The notes beneath the pieces are model-generated. The model was given only the letters and a program-made list of their open reading frames with translations. It ran no database searches and was not told the origin of the DNA. A program made the position numbers and the translations under genes. From a virus (taxonomy: Duplodnaviria > Heunggongvirae > Uroviricota > Caudoviricetes), in the IMG/VR virus record IMGVR_UViG_2897375277_000005: 35,947 nt of DNA. The stretch is one strand, 5' to 3'. Positions within the stretch are counted from its first letter, which is position 1. Each line of letters opens with the position of its first letter. This document shows positions 1 to 9,291 of the stretch, piece by piece.

Positions 1-1023
1 TTATGTGGATGAAATGTGGATACCTCCTTTTAACGGATTAAGTGAAATTGCATCCTGGAGGAAATCAGGAGCGAGGTGCGCATAGGTCATAGTTTGCTGG
101 ATCGTGGCGTGCCCCATAATTCGCTGGAGCGTAAGTATATTTCCTCCATTAATCATAAAGTGAGCTGCAAAGGTATGGCGTAGAACATGTACAGCCTGCC
201 CTTTCGGTAGGTCAGGCTTAACACTGCGAAGCACCTTGCGATATTCCTCATAATTGACGTCAAACAAAAGGCCGGATTTCTTTGTTTTGATCTCACTAAC
301 AACTTCATCAGAGACAGGAATAATTCGAACTTTTCCGTTTTTAGTTTTGTTAAACGTCACGCGGTTATTGATGATGTGTTCCGCGCGCAGATTTTTCGCT
401 TCTCCCCATCTCGCACCAGTACTGAGACAAAGTAGCGTAATCCGCCGGGCATCACCGCTTACTGCATCCAGTAATTTGGCGATTTCTTCCGTGGTGAGAT
501 ACGTCATTTCGGGTGATTTTCGTTTCAAAGAGGGGAGGGCGCGGAGCGGATTTTCTCCGTGAAATTCCCCGGCATTTGCCAGGAGTGTAAACATTCCTCC
601 GAGATCCGACTCATCACGCCGAACAGTAGACTCTTTTACTCCCAAGGATAAACGGGAGCTTCGATAAGCGGCCATGAAACGAGCATTAATCTGGCTAACC
701 CTTGGATCATTCATTTCTTTGATGATTTTTTTCAACCTGGTTAGAACGCCGTTAGCATATGGCTTATTGCGTCCACCCAATTCCCACCATAACGGAAGCA
801 GATCTGAGAGATGACGTTGCTCTGTTGGCTTTTCAAGCCATTCCTTATCGTGCATGTGGCTGAGAACATAACGCTCAAAGGCCACTGCATCTGCCTTTTT
901 CTTAAAAATCCGCTGAATCCGACGTCCACTTCGGCCACGCGGTCTAACATCCACTTTATACCGTCCACCATCGAGCGCTTTAATTGCCATTGGCAAGCCC
1001 TCCGGTGAAACGAGGAAAGACAT
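1..1023 (-). CDS. int: tyrosine integrase (P2 Int family)
   Basis: 340-aa minus-strand ORF at the prophage end next to the repressor; C-terminal region with HxLRHT and tyrosine-recombinase-like motifs (HVLRHTFAAHF...TMTYAHL). Length matches P2 Int (about 337 aa). Confidence 0.88.
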   Translation of the reverse strand: MSFLVSPEGLPMAIKALDGGRYKVDVRPRGRSGRRIQRIFKKKADAVAFERYVLSHMHDKEWLEKPTEQRHLSDLLPLWWELGGRNKPYANGVLTRLKKIIKEMNDPRVSQINARFMAAYRSSRLSLGVKESTVRRDESDLGGMFTLLANAGEFHGENPLRALPSLKRKSPEMTYLTTEEIAKLLDAVSGDARRITLLCLSTGARWGEAKNLRAEHIINNRVTFNKTKNGKVRIIPVSDEVVSEIKTKKSGLLFDVNYEEYRKVLRSVKPDLPKGQAVHVLRHTFAAHFMINGGNILTLQRIMGHATIQQTMTYAHLAPDFLQDAISLNPLKGGIHISST

Positions 1024-1056
1024 TTCCAGTTTGTAAAACGTAAGAATAATAAAGGG

Positions 1057-1359
1057 TTAACCAATTTTCCTTTCGGATGGGGGTAAGTCCGTTGGCTCTT
1101 GCCCATAGTGTGCGAGAGCCGGAGCTATCTGCCCGGATTCAGGCGCAATTTTTCCAGTCATAAACCACAACGCATATTTCTCAAATCTGGGGTTGTTTAG
1201 TATTTGCTCAATTACTTCAGCATTAGGGATAGTTTTACCGCTTTCATATCTCCACAGAGCATCACGATTTAAACCAAGCATTTTTGCTGTATCCGGGAGG
1301 CTAGTAAGTCTCTCGCTTTCACGCATGATTTTTATGCGCTCTCCAATAGTCATACGCAT
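1057..1359 (-). CDS. C: immunity repressor C (P2 C-like HTH repressor)
   Basis: Translation MRMTIGERIKIMRESE...LWFMTGKIAPESGQIAPALAHYGQ closely matches remembered P2 C (LWFMTNQIAPESGQIAPALAHFGQ). Start set at the internal ATG (1357-1359) with GGAG 9 nt upstream; the track ORF begins at a TTG (1374). Confidence 0.85.
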   Translation of the reverse strand: MRMTIGERIKIMRESERLTSLPDTAKMLGLNRDALWRYESGKTIPNAEVIEQILNNPRFEKYALWFMTGKIAPESGQIAPALAHYGQEPTDLPPSERKIG

Positions 1360-1454
1360 GTTGCAATTCTCCAACGTCTGTATTAATGTTTATACAAATG
1401 AGTTTGATTTGGGGCATCCGTCGCAAGAAATACCCCAAACAGGGAGATTATCAC
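1360..1454. promoter_or_regulatory. divergent immunity switch region (Pc/Pe-type promoters and operators), positional
   Basis: 95-bp AT-rich gap between divergently transcribed C and cox. Assigned by position only; operator repeats not resolved. Confidence 0.45.
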
Positions 1455-1781
1455 ATGAATGAAGAACTATTGAGGGCATTGTTTAAGATCCCAGACCCCA
1501 TCACCGTCGATGAATTTGCCCGCCGCACGGGCAAGACCGAATCAGCCGTAAGAAAGTTGGTGGAACGTCGGCTCATCCCTCTGGCTACTGAGCGTGAAGT
1601 TTTAGGCGAGGAAGGAAGTTCACGCCGCCTCCTCATCTTATGGAACGAGTGGCTCGAAATGGTCTATGACGCAACGAAACAGCTTCCTCCTGAGCGTAAA
1701 GATTGGCGCAACCACTGGCTTAATAAAGCTAAGAAGCTGGCGGAAGATTTGGGATTAGGTTTTCTTAATTTTGCTGCATGA
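1455..1781 (+). CDS. cox: Cox-like early regulator/excisionase
   Basis: First gene of the rightward early operon, divergent from C. AGGGAG RBS 8 nt upstream of ATG 1455. Segment EFARRTGKTESAVRKLVERRLIP...W..W resembles P2 Cox (EFAKLIGKSTGAVRRMIDKGKLP). Confidence 0.65.
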   Translation: MNEELLRALFKIPDPITVDEFARRTGKTESAVRKLVERRLIPLATEREVLGEEGSSRRLLILWNEWLEMVYDATKQLPPERKDWRNHWLNKAKKLAEDLGLGFLNFAA

Positions 1782-1799
1782 GATGCAGGGAGTTTTGAT

Positions 1800-2141
1800 A
1801 TGAAACAGCAACGTAATTCACGCTTTCGTAATGGTGCTGAACGCCACGCTAACCGTTTCGCTACCAGCGCATCACGCAGCAACATCCGCTACAGCCTGAG
1901 TGATACACACGCAACGCCGGATGGCTACCCAGTAAAACAAATCGGCGAGCATGCCTGGCTGATTGAGAAAGCTGGAATCGTGGTCCGCAAATGTCCACGC
2001 AATCCGTTTACCGGAAACCGCATTTTTGCATTGAGCTGCGGCGACAATCAGTTCGGGCAGGATTTCACATTATACGAAGCACTACGCACGGTTGATCGTC
2101 TGCTTCGCGGGCAAAGTTTTATTAAACAGGCTGATTTATAA
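1800..2141 (+). CDS. hypothetical early protein
   Basis: 113-aa ORF with AGGGAG RBS, co-oriented in the early operon. Confidence 0.55.
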   Translation: MKQQRNSRFRNGAERHANRFATSASRSNIRYSLSDTHATPDGYPVKQIGEHAWLIEKAGIVVRKCPRNPFTGNRIFALSCGDNQFGQDFTLYEALRTVDRLLRGQSFIKQADL

Positions 2142-2151
2142 CAGGTGCTTT

Positions 2152-2430
2152 ATGACCAAAGAGCATGCACAAGGTGTATTTATCCGTTTTATTGATTTTC
2201 GCGGTGAACTGTTATTACGCGCATCAGCCATTGACGGAGTTGTTCCATCCGAAAAAAACGCAGCTACTTACGTTTATCTGAACGGTACGCGCTTGACTGT
2301 GGAGCTTCCGTACCAGACCGTGCGAGAAATCATTAGCGAAGCTGAAAAGGCACGTCAGGTTAATGGCGATGAACCATATATCGAAATTATTTGTATGGAT
2401 TCAGAAGCTGAAATTCAGAAAGCAGATTAA
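2152..2430 (+). CDS. hypothetical early protein
   Basis: Internal ATG (codon 21 of the track ORF) preceded by AGGTG; 92 aa. Confidence 0.5.
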   Translation: MTKEHAQGVFIRFIDFRGELLLRASAIDGVVPSEKNAATYVYLNGTRLTVELPYQTVREIISEAEKARQVNGDEPYIEIICMDSEAEIQKAD

Positions 2431-2441
2431 AGGGCGTTGCG

Positions 2442-2684
2442 ATGGGCAAAGAATATAAAACTCTCATTAACAAAGCACTTGAGCGTTTTTATTTTCGCTT
2501 AAGTGCATCAGGCGCTCATGCTGAACGTGCAGCCCGTGACTCATTGACCAGGGCAATCCGGAGTCTGTATGACGTGGCTTTTTACGCTGATGATCTGGAT
2601 GCACTTAACGAACTTTCCGAGCTAATCTGTGCCGCAGAATGCGGGGAACATATTGAACCGTATAAGCTGGGGAATATCGCATGA
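2442..2684 (+). CDS. hypothetical early protein
   Basis: 80-aa ORF with RBS; its stop overlaps the next start (ATGA). Confidence 0.5.
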   Translation: MGKEYKTLINKALERFYFRLSASGAHAERAARDSLTRAIRSLYDVAFYADDLDALNELSELICAAECGEHIEPYKLGNIA

Positions 2685-2794
2685 GTATATTTATTTCATG
2701 GCTTGCTCTGATTATTTCAGTGGCCTGCGCCATTGGGATTATGCGAATTATTCATTCAGTAAAAAAGATTGAACGTTTTTTCACTGGTGAATAA
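2681..2794 (+). CDS. small hydrophobic protein (37 aa, one predicted TM helix)
   Basis: ATGA-overlapped start at 2681; translation MSIFISWLALIISVACAIGIMRIIHSVKKIERFFTGE. Below the ORF-track size cut-off. Confidence 0.35.
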   Translation: MSIFISWLALIISVACAIGIMRIIHSVKKIERFFTGE

Positions 2795-2887
2795 CGATAC
2801 AAATAAAACATCAAATTAAATAAGAAAACGTGAAAACCATCCGTATTAACGGAGGTATTCGCACACGCAGATAACGGAGATACAAAA

Positions 2888-3298
2888 ATGCACGCAAAAG
2901 AAGAAGGTATCATCAGAGCACTGAAAGAAATTTCAAAGATGGAAAGCGAAGTAGCGAAAAAAGCCGTAGCAAATAATCATATAGACGTCGCGACCCACAC
3001 AATGATAGTCGCAAAAGTCACGGCAGAAGCCGCCAAAATCATCGAAGAACAGGGTGCGGAACTTACGCTTTTCAAAACTCAACCAGTCACCGAACTGGAT
3101 TTATCTAACACCGGACGCCTTATTTACACAATTGGCTCAGAGCTACAGCGATACACCATTATTGCCGGATTACAGGACAAATACCTGATCACTCCTCACC
3201 CCATAAGGGAATCAGCGCTTCTGACAAATCTCCGCCTGATAGAGCGCTCTCAAGTTGCATTCATTGATGACGCCCGACACACCGTATTTAACGCATAG
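2888..3298 (+). CDS. hypothetical early protein
   Basis: 136-aa ORF, ACGGAG RBS, co-oriented in the early operon. Confidence 0.55.
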   Translation: MHAKEEGIIRALKEISKMESEVAKKAVANNHIDVATHTMIVAKVTAEAAKIIEEQGAELTLFKTQPVTELDLSNTGRLIYTIGSELQRYTIIAGLQDKYLITPHPIRESALLTNLRLIERSQVAFIDDARHTVFNA

Positions 3299-3321
3299 GG
3301 TTACTGGACAAAGGGGGCGCA

Positions 3322-3525
3322 ATGGCAATTAAGCATTTCCCCGTCGTTCGCTTTACCTCCAGAGGGCGCGAATACGAGGTCGACGAACGACTGATTACCA
3401 CTATCGACAAACATCGTTCGGAAAAGGATGCACACCACATCTACCTCACTGACGGCACTTATTTCTGCGCCACCAACGTGGCGCGGGTGAATCTTATCCG
3501 ACAGGTACAGGAGCCACGCAGATGA
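3322..3525 (+). CDS. hypothetical early protein
   Basis: 67-aa ORF with AAGGGGG RBS. Confidence 0.5.
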   Translation: MAIKHFPVVRFTSRGREYEVDERLITTIDKHRSEKDAHHIYLTDGTYFCATNVARVNLIRQVQEPRR

Positions 3526-3788
3526 CCATTCTGGACTACATCGCTACCCATCCGGGTTGTAGCGGCGGAGAAATCGCAGCAGCACTGAATACTCCAACCA
3601 CAGCCATTAATGCTGAGTTACGCCAACTTTGGCGCGGCGGCTTAGTCATCAGAACAAACCGCAGCACAGGTGGTCGCGCTCGCAAAACTGGAGGCCAGGC
3701 TTCTTACCACGTAAACCCGATGCCGTTCGGGTGTAGCAATCCACTTACTCACATGTTTAACCAGCTACTGAAGGAAGCCAGAACATGA
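3522..3788 (+). CDS. hypothetical early protein, possible winged-helix DNA binder
   Basis: 88 aa, ATGA-coupled to the upstream ORF; N-terminal helix-rich segment (DYIATHPGCSGGEIAAAL...LRQLWRGGLV). Confidence 0.5.
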   Translation: MTILDYIATHPGCSGGEIAAALNTPTTAINAELRQLWRGGLVIRTNRSTGGRARKTGGQASYHVNPMPFGCSNPLTHMFNQLLKEART

Positions 3789-4084
3789 GCACCATCAACC
3801 ACCAGAAGCTACGCGAACTGGCATTTGCCCTGCAACGAATGGCAACACCTCAAAAATTACTGGCATTTCGCGCAATGCTCTCGCCGTCTGCGGTGCTGGC
3901 ATTGCTGGATGAGCTGGAGCACGCCAGAACCACGGCTCCTGCCATTCGCCTGACGCTCCATCATGAAATCGCTGATTTCTGCGCGACATTGGAGGCGCCA
4001 GGCGAACCGGAAACGCCGGAAGCAATACAGCAAGAGCTGTTGCAACGCATTGACAAGGTTTTTGATTTTTTTCTGAACCAGTAA
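3785..4084 (+). CDS. hypothetical early protein
   Basis: 99 aa, translationally coupled (ATGA) to the previous ORF. Confidence 0.5.
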   Translation: MSTINHQKLRELAFALQRMATPQKLLAFRAMLSPSAVLALLDELEHARTTAPAIRLTLHHEIADFCATLEAPGEPETPEAIQQELLQRIDKVFDFFLNQ

Positions 4085-4204
4085 GAAATCAGAGCATGCA
4101 CACACAAAAAAACCGCTTGCCATGCCGCAATCAGTCAGGTTACATTTCTGCTGCACCTCATAAAACGGGTGCCGGGATTCTCAACCTGCTGACAAACGAA
4201 GCGC

Positions 4205-4228
4205 ACAACCGCGCCAGCGGTTTTTTTG
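4205..4228 (+). terminator. intrinsic-terminator-like hairpin inside the early operon
   Basis: AACCGC (4207-4212), loop GCCA, GCGGTT (4217-4222), followed by a T7 run (4221-4227). Confidence 0.4.
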
Positions 4229-4409
4229 TGCGTACTGTATTGCCACGTCTTTTTCGCACACGAATTATGGTGGGGCGTACGGGGCCGACTTCGGTCGGGC
4301 CGGTTTCTTCGTTTGCCGGTGTTGAGAACCCCGTACGTCTCGCCACCCCGAGATTCTCAACTCTGGTTGGTGAGTATCCAAAAACTCACAAACGAAGAGG
4401 CCAAACACC

Positions 4410-4640
4410 ATGGCAAACCGCAAACAGCACCGCGCTATCGCGGAGCGTCGTCACATCCAGACTGAAATCAACCGCAGACTTTCCCGCGCATTCCGCGTCG
4501 CTAAAATCATGCACATCAATATGCTGCATGAGCGTAGCTGCGAACTTTCAAACCTCTATTCATCCGCTGTTTTCAGCTATCTGGCGGATGATCTGCGCGA
4601 GCTTCAGCAGCTCTTTCAGCAGCAAAACAAACTCCATTAA
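4410..4640 (+). CDS. hypothetical basic protein (76 aa)
   Basis: ORF with GAAGAGG RBS about 10 nt upstream; Arg/Lys-rich N-terminus. No family recognised. Confidence 0.4.
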   Translation: MANRKQHRAIAERRHIQTEINRRLSRAFRVAKIMHINMLHERSCELSNLYSSAVFSYLADDLRELQQLFQQQNKLH

Positions 4641-4712
4641 TTCCTGTTCCAGGCCTTTCCTGCACCTTGCGGCGGGAGGCCTTCGCACATCTGTAGTAAA
4701 GAGAATTGCAGC

Positions 4713-5102
4713 ATGATTGACGCTCATGACTTCACAAGATGGGTGCGCACACAGGACACCCGTCTGGCTCCCATTCTTCAGGGATTATTTGATCTCTACA
4801 TCCGTGGTCGTGACAACAGAGCACGCACCACAAAACCGGAGAATGCGGACACCCTTTATTTCACAGTAGACGACTGCTACCGCGTGGATTTCACACCACA
4901 CGGGCTGGCGTTGCACTGCCTGACACCACACGGCGAATCACTGCTGGCGTATTATGACTCCCCGGCCTCCGTATTTGCGGCAATGCTGGCGCATCGCACT
5001 GCTGGCGGGTGTGCCTCGCTGAGTGAATACACCGCTGAATTTAACCGCCTTTCCGCCATCTTCTCGCAGGAGTGGCAGCGCGTGACGGGATACCAGCCAT
5101 GA
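4713..5102 (+). CDS. hypothetical protein, translationally coupled to A
   Basis: 129-aa ORF; its stop overlaps the A start (ATGA at 5099-5102). Confidence 0.55.
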   Translation: MIDAHDFTRWVRTQDTRLAPILQGLFDLYIRGRDNRARTTKPENADTLYFTVDDCYRVDFTPHGLALHCLTPHGESLLAYYDSPASVFAAMLAHRTAGGCASLSEYTAEFNRLSAIFSQEWQRVTGYQP

Positions 5103-7939
5103 GTGAGTTTGCATGGAGCTGGAATGAACCACGGCCAGCCATTGATCCGGCCAGATTTACGGAGCGCAGGCAGGAAACTGAAACCGACCTGCAACGCGCC
5201 ATCCGTTACTACCTTGAGGCGGACAAAAGGGCACAGGAAGAACAGGAAGCGAAGGAAGAAGCCTTTTTCGCACAATCCGCCATGGGTAAAAAACTCATGG
5301 CATCCCTTGAGGAAGCCGGACAGCGTGAAAAGCTGGCACAGAGCATCATCAGTAAGCGCCGGGCAACAGAACAAGACCCGGTAGCCCGTGCCTTTGCCAC
5401 ACTAAAGGCACTACCTGTTTATCTGCGTGAACCACTGAGCCGCCACCTCTCTTTCCTGCGCAAAAAACAGGAAGCCGATCGCCAGAAAGGCAAAAAGAGC
5501 TGGCAGGCGGAACGCTATGCACGCGGAACCCTGCGCAAAATATTCGAACGTCTGGATCGCACTGACGGACGCTGGCTGACACCGGGTTATCGCTCCCTTG
5601 CCGGGCGCGAACGCCTGGACGATTTGCTTTACCTGCCGCAGCTCAACAAGCACCAGATACAGACGCTGGCCACCATGACCGCGGCGATGTTCAGCAGCAC
5701 CTTCGAAACACTCTGCGATGGCTTTGGTGCCAGAGATGGCGAGCTGACCATGGATGTAATGTTGAAGGCTTACCGGATGCTGGCCCGCATGGCGTTACAC
5801 CTGCACGCCATGCCTCCACATTATGACGCACTAACAACAGACAAAGACCGGAGGAACGAACCGGACACGGAGCTGCTGCCGGGCGCAATCCTTCGCCTGA
5901 CCTGTGCGGAATGGTGGAAACGCAAACTGTGGCTGTTACGTTGCGAGTGGCGGGAAGAACAACTCCGCGCCGCCTGTCTGGTTTCCAGAAAGACATCACC
6001 CTATCTGAGCCAGGACGCGTTAAGCGAGTTTCGCGCACAGCGCGAGAAAACACGCGATTTCCTGAAAAGTTTCATGCTGGAAAACGAAGACGGGTTCACG
6101 ATTGATCTCGAGACAGTGTATTACGCGGGAGTAAGTAACCCGGTTCACCGTAAGGCAGAAATGATGGCCACCATGAAGGGACTGGAACTTCTGGCCGAAG
6201 CCCGTGGCGACAGAGCGGTGTTTCTGACCGTCACCTGCCCGTCAAAATACCACGCAACAACGGAGAACGGTCATCCGAACCCCAAATGGAACGGGGCCAC
6301 CATGCGCGACTCCAGCGATTACCTGGTTAACACGTTTTTTGCGGCGGTCCGCAAAAAACTGAACCGCGACGGCCTGCGCTGGTATGGCATCCGCACGGTG
6401 GAGCCTCACCATGACGGCACTGTGCACTGGCATATGATGGTCTTTGCACATCCGGACGAGATTGAAACCATCGTGTCCCACGTCTGCGATATTGCCATTC
6501 AGGAGGACCGCCACGAGCTGGGCGATGACATAACTCCGCGTTTTAAGGCGGAGTATGTCGACGGCTCAAAAGGCACACCAACCAGCTACATCGCCACCTA
6601 CATCGGAAAGAACCTGGACAGCCGCGCCGTGGATGGCATCGACCCGAAAACGGGCAAGCCACGCGTTGACCACGAAACCGGAAAATCAATGGCCGAGAGC
6701 GTGGAGCGCGCCATCGGCTGGGCGCGCCTTCACCGGGTCCGCCAGTTCCAGTTCTTTGGCATTCCCTCCCGTCAGGTGTGGCGTGAACTCCGCCGCCTTG
6801 CCAGCCAGATGGCACGCAACCCGGAGGGCCCGCAACGGCTGAAGGATGACGCAATGGATGCGGTTCTTGCTGCCGCTGATGCCGGGTGTTTTGCCACCTA
6901 CATTGAAAAACAGGGTGGCGTACTTGTTCCGCGCAAGGACTACCTGATTCGCACAGCCTACGACCTCGCAGATGAGCTGAACGATTACGGCGAACAGAGT
7001 GTACAGATTTACGGGATCTGGTCGCCACTCATCGGGGAATCCTCCCGTGTGTGCACGCACCCGGATAACTGGAAGCTGGTAAGACGTAAACCGGAAGCGG
7101 AAGACAGCACCCACGAAAATGGTTTTGACCTTCAGGGCGGCTCTGCCGCCCCTTGGACTCGTGGCAATAACTGTCCCCGTGTACAGGAAACAGACAACAA
7201 CGGGACAGAACAGCCGGAAGAACGGCCAGCACCGTGGCCGCAGCTTCCTGACGGCGTTGACGTGAACGAATGGGTGCGCTCACTGAAACGGCACGAACGC
7301 CGGGCGCTGATGCGTTCGCTGCGTGACAAACAGGCAAAAAACAGCAGTGATGAAATGCAGAACTGGACACAGAGCCGCAAACAGCCACAGCCTTTGCCTG
7401 ATAACCACGAATTACTCGCTAAAGAATGGCGGGAGTCTGCTGAATCTCTCGGCCTGCATATCGGTGAACAGCAGATGCAGCACCTGTTACGGGGCGGCAG
7501 TCTGTACGTTGACGGCAGCATCATTGCACCGCAGGGATTTGAAATTGTACGCAAACCGGATACCCGACCGGACAGCCGGATCACGCAGCTCTGGCAGCGC
7601 CTGAGCCGTAACCACGGCGTAAGCAGCACGGAGATCCGCCATAACCCGGTCGCCAGCTATCTGGAACAGCTGGGGGCATCAGACCCCGAAGCCGCCGCAC
7701 GCCTGGCATCCACACTTCAGCAAGACCAGAACACCATGAAAACACCCGTTACCGTGCTTTCTGACATGCTGCGCGCCATCCGCGACGCAGAGCACGCACA
7801 GAGAATCAGTGAAACCACTGAACGCGCCCGCCGCAAAGCAGACCTGCTGCGGGGTGGCCTGACCATTGGAAACAAAAAACAGACAGAAACGGGATTCACA
7901 AATCCCGTAAATGAGCAAAAAACGCGCCGCGATATATGA
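5099..7939 (+). CDS. A: replication initiation endonuclease (P2 A family, rolling-circle initiator) with long C-terminal extension
   Basis: 946-aa ORF at the P2 A position at the end of the early operon. Relaxase-like core with HWH (VHWHMMVFAH) and tyrosine (TSYIATYIGKN) motifs. About 180 aa longer than P2 A (761 aa). Confidence 0.8.
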   Translation: MSEFAWSWNEPRPAIDPARFTERRQETETDLQRAIRYYLEADKRAQEEQEAKEEAFFAQSAMGKKLMASLEEAGQREKLAQSIISKRRATEQDPVARAFATLKALPVYLREPLSRHLSFLRKKQEADRQKGKKSWQAERYARGTLRKIFERLDRTDGRWLTPGYRSLAGRERLDDLLYLPQLNKHQIQTLATMTAAMFSSTFETLCDGFGARDGELTMDVMLKAYRMLARMALHLHAMPPHYDALTTDKDRRNEPDTELLPGAILRLTCAEWWKRKLWLLRCEWREEQLRAACLVSRKTSPYLSQDALSEFRAQREKTRDFLKSFMLENEDGFTIDLETVYYAGVSNPVHRKAEMMATMKGLELLAEARGDRAVFLTVTCPSKYHATTENGHPNPKWNGATMRDSSDYLVNTFFAAVRKKLNRDGLRWYGIRTVEPHHDGTVHWHMMVFAHPDEIETIVSHVCDIAIQEDRHELGDDITPRFKAEYVDGSKGTPTSYIATYIGKNLDSRAVDGIDPKTGKPRVDHETGKSMAESVERAIGWARLHRVRQFQFFGIPSRQVWRELRRLASQMARNPEGPQRLKDDAMDAVLAAADAGCFATYIEKQGGVLVPRKDYLIRTAYDLADELNDYGEQSVQIYGIWSPLIGESSRVCTHPDNWKLVRRKPEAEDSTHENGFDLQGGSAAPWTRGNNCPRVQETDNNGTEQPEERPAPWPQLPDGVDVNEWVRSLKRHERRALMRSLRDKQAKNSSDEMQNWTQSRKQPQPLPDNHELLAKEWRESAESLGLHIGEQQMQHLLRGGSLYVDGSIIAPQGFEIVRKPDTRPDSRITQLWQRLSRNHGVSSTEIRHNPVASYLEQLGASDPEAAARLASTLQQDQNTMKTPVTVLSDMLRAIRDAEHAQRISETTERARRKADLLRGGLTIGNKKQTETGFTNPVNEQKTRRDI

Positions 7940-7984
7940 AGCGCGCATAAAACAGGCAAAAACGGGATTTCAGAATCCCGTAAA
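7887..7984. repeat. two copies of a 20-bp palindrome (ACGGGATT-N4-AATCCCGT), centres 73 bp apart; candidate parC-like centromere/operator
   Basis: Copy 1 at 7889-7908, inside the last codons of A; copy 2 at 7962-7981, 35 bp upstream of parM. CAAAAAAC-type motifs recur between them. Confidence 0.5.
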
Positions 7985-8015
7985 CGATTAATTAATCAAC
8001 ATAAGGAAAAGCGAC

Positions 8016-8975
8016 ATGAAAATTTGTATCGATGACGGCTCCACCAACATCAAGCTGGCATGGACTGAGAACGGCGAACGCCGCAACGCCATCAGCCCGA
8101 ACAGCTTCAAGTCGGAATGGTCTGCGCCGTTCGGTGGCACGCAGCCCGCGAACTACATGCTTGATGGCGTGCGCTATGGTTTTGATCCGGTCAGCGATCG
8201 CTTTGTCCAGACGACCGACACGCAATACCAGTACAGCGATGTGAATGTCATTGCCATTCATCACGCGCTGGTCAAATCAGGCATCACACCACAGGAAGTG
8301 GATGTGGTTGTCACCCTGCCACTGAGCGAATATTTCGACACAAACGCACAGCCGGACATGGCCAACATCAACCGCAAAAAAGCAAACGTCATGCGCCCGG
8401 TGGCGTACCAGAACGGAAAAGCATTCACTATCCGTAACGTACGGGTTATGCCTGAATCCATTCCGGCTGGTTTTAAAGCACTGGCTGACATGAGTCCGTT
8501 TGAATCCCTGCTGATTGTGGATTTAGGCGGAACCACGCTGGATGTGGCAAAGGTTCAGGGACAACTGGCAGGTATCAGCCAGGTGTTTTGCGATCCACAC
8601 GTAGGCGTTTCCCTGATGGCCGATGCCGTACTGTCGGTGATGGCCACTAACGGTATGCGTACCAGTCACCATATCGCCAATACCATTATCGAACATCGCC
8701 ACGATGAAGCCTGGCTGCGCCAGCACATCCACAATGACGCGCATTACGACAGCCTGATGGCGGTTATTCGTGAAAAGGAAGAAACACTGAAACAACGAGT
8801 GATCCGCGCGCTGGCGGGTTTTTCGGGTTACGGGCGGGTGATGGTTGTCGGTGGCGGGGCGGAGATTGTGGCACCCGCTATCCGCGAAGCCTGCGGAGTT
8901 AATGCGACTTTCATCGCGGACGGGGTGCCACAGTTTGCTCTGGTTAATGGGCTGTACGCAATGGACAAGGAGTAA
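8016..8975 (+). CDS. parM: actin-like segregation ATPase ParM/StbA
   Basis: N-terminus MKICIDDGSTNIKLAW...ISPNSFKSEW...YQYSDVNVIAIHHAL...RKKANV matches remembered plasmid R1 ParM (MLVFIDDGSTNIKLQW...ISPNSFKREW...WQYSDVNVVAVHHAL...RKKAN). Also carries the actin-fold phosphate motifs (DLGGTTLD, VVGGGAE). Confidence 0.85.
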   Translation: MKICIDDGSTNIKLAWTENGERRNAISPNSFKSEWSAPFGGTQPANYMLDGVRYGFDPVSDRFVQTTDTQYQYSDVNVIAIHHALVKSGITPQEVDVVVTLPLSEYFDTNAQPDMANINRKKANVMRPVAYQNGKAFTIRNVRVMPESIPAGFKALADMSPFESLLIVDLGGTTLDVAKVQGQLAGISQVFCDPHVGVSLMADAVLSVMATNGMRTSHHIANTIIEHRHDEAWLRQHIHNDAHYDSLMAVIREKEETLKQRVIRALAGFSGYGRVMVVGGGAEIVAPAIREACGVNATFIADGVPQFALVNGLYAMDKE

Positions 8976-8979
8976 ACCA

Positions 8980-9291
8980 ATGACGACACCAACCAGACGG
9001 ATAAGTTTCTATCTGAAGCCCGCCGCCGTCAAGAACGAAGGCGAAGCATGCGCCTGGCTGGACAGCCTTACACCAGAAGCCCGCAAAAGCGGCCAACGTG
9101 TGGCTTTTCTGGCCGGGCTGGCACTTCTGAAAATGAATCCGGCAGAGGCTTACCGACTGGCTGCATGGGCTGACGATGAGGCGTTATCAGTGACACAAAC
9201 CAGGACAGAACGCCCCGCGTCACAGCCAGTACCAACCTCACAGATAACCAGTCGGATGGCCGGAAATATCAGGGCGTTATTTCCCGAATAA
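8980..9291 (+). CDS. parR: ParR/StbB-like centromere-binding adaptor
   Basis: 103 aa directly downstream of parM with AGGAG RBS. RISFYLKPAAV...LDSLTPEARKSGQRVAFLAGLAL resembles R1 ParR (RTIAFKLNPDV...LDSIPQGERSRLNRAALTAGLAL). Confidence 0.65.
   Translation: MTTPTRRISFYLKPAAVKNEGEACAWLDSLTPEARKSGQRVAFLAGLALLKMNPAEAYRLAAWADDEALSVTQTRTERPASQPVPTSQITSRMAGNIRALFPE

Noticed and set aside
254-1106. Plus- and minus-strand ORFs overlapping the integrase gene
   Set aside because: Nested in or antisense to int, with no RBS or motifs.
4085-4409. Possible retron msr/msd non-coding RNA (inverted repeats and stable hairpins)
   Set aside because: No reverse transcriptase gene is present anywhere in the window, so a retron is not supported; kept only as a generic structured-RNA candidate.
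4096-4716. 206-aa plus-strand ORF spanning the non-coding insert
   Set aside because: It runs through terminator and hairpin sequence, has no RBS, a low-complexity Ser/Arg-rich translation, and overlaps the better-supported 4410-4640 ORF. Most likely a chance open frame.
6543-7629. Several 90-165-aa minus-strand ORFs inside gene A
   Set aside because: Antisense to a strongly supported coding region, Arg/Cys-rich, with no start context.
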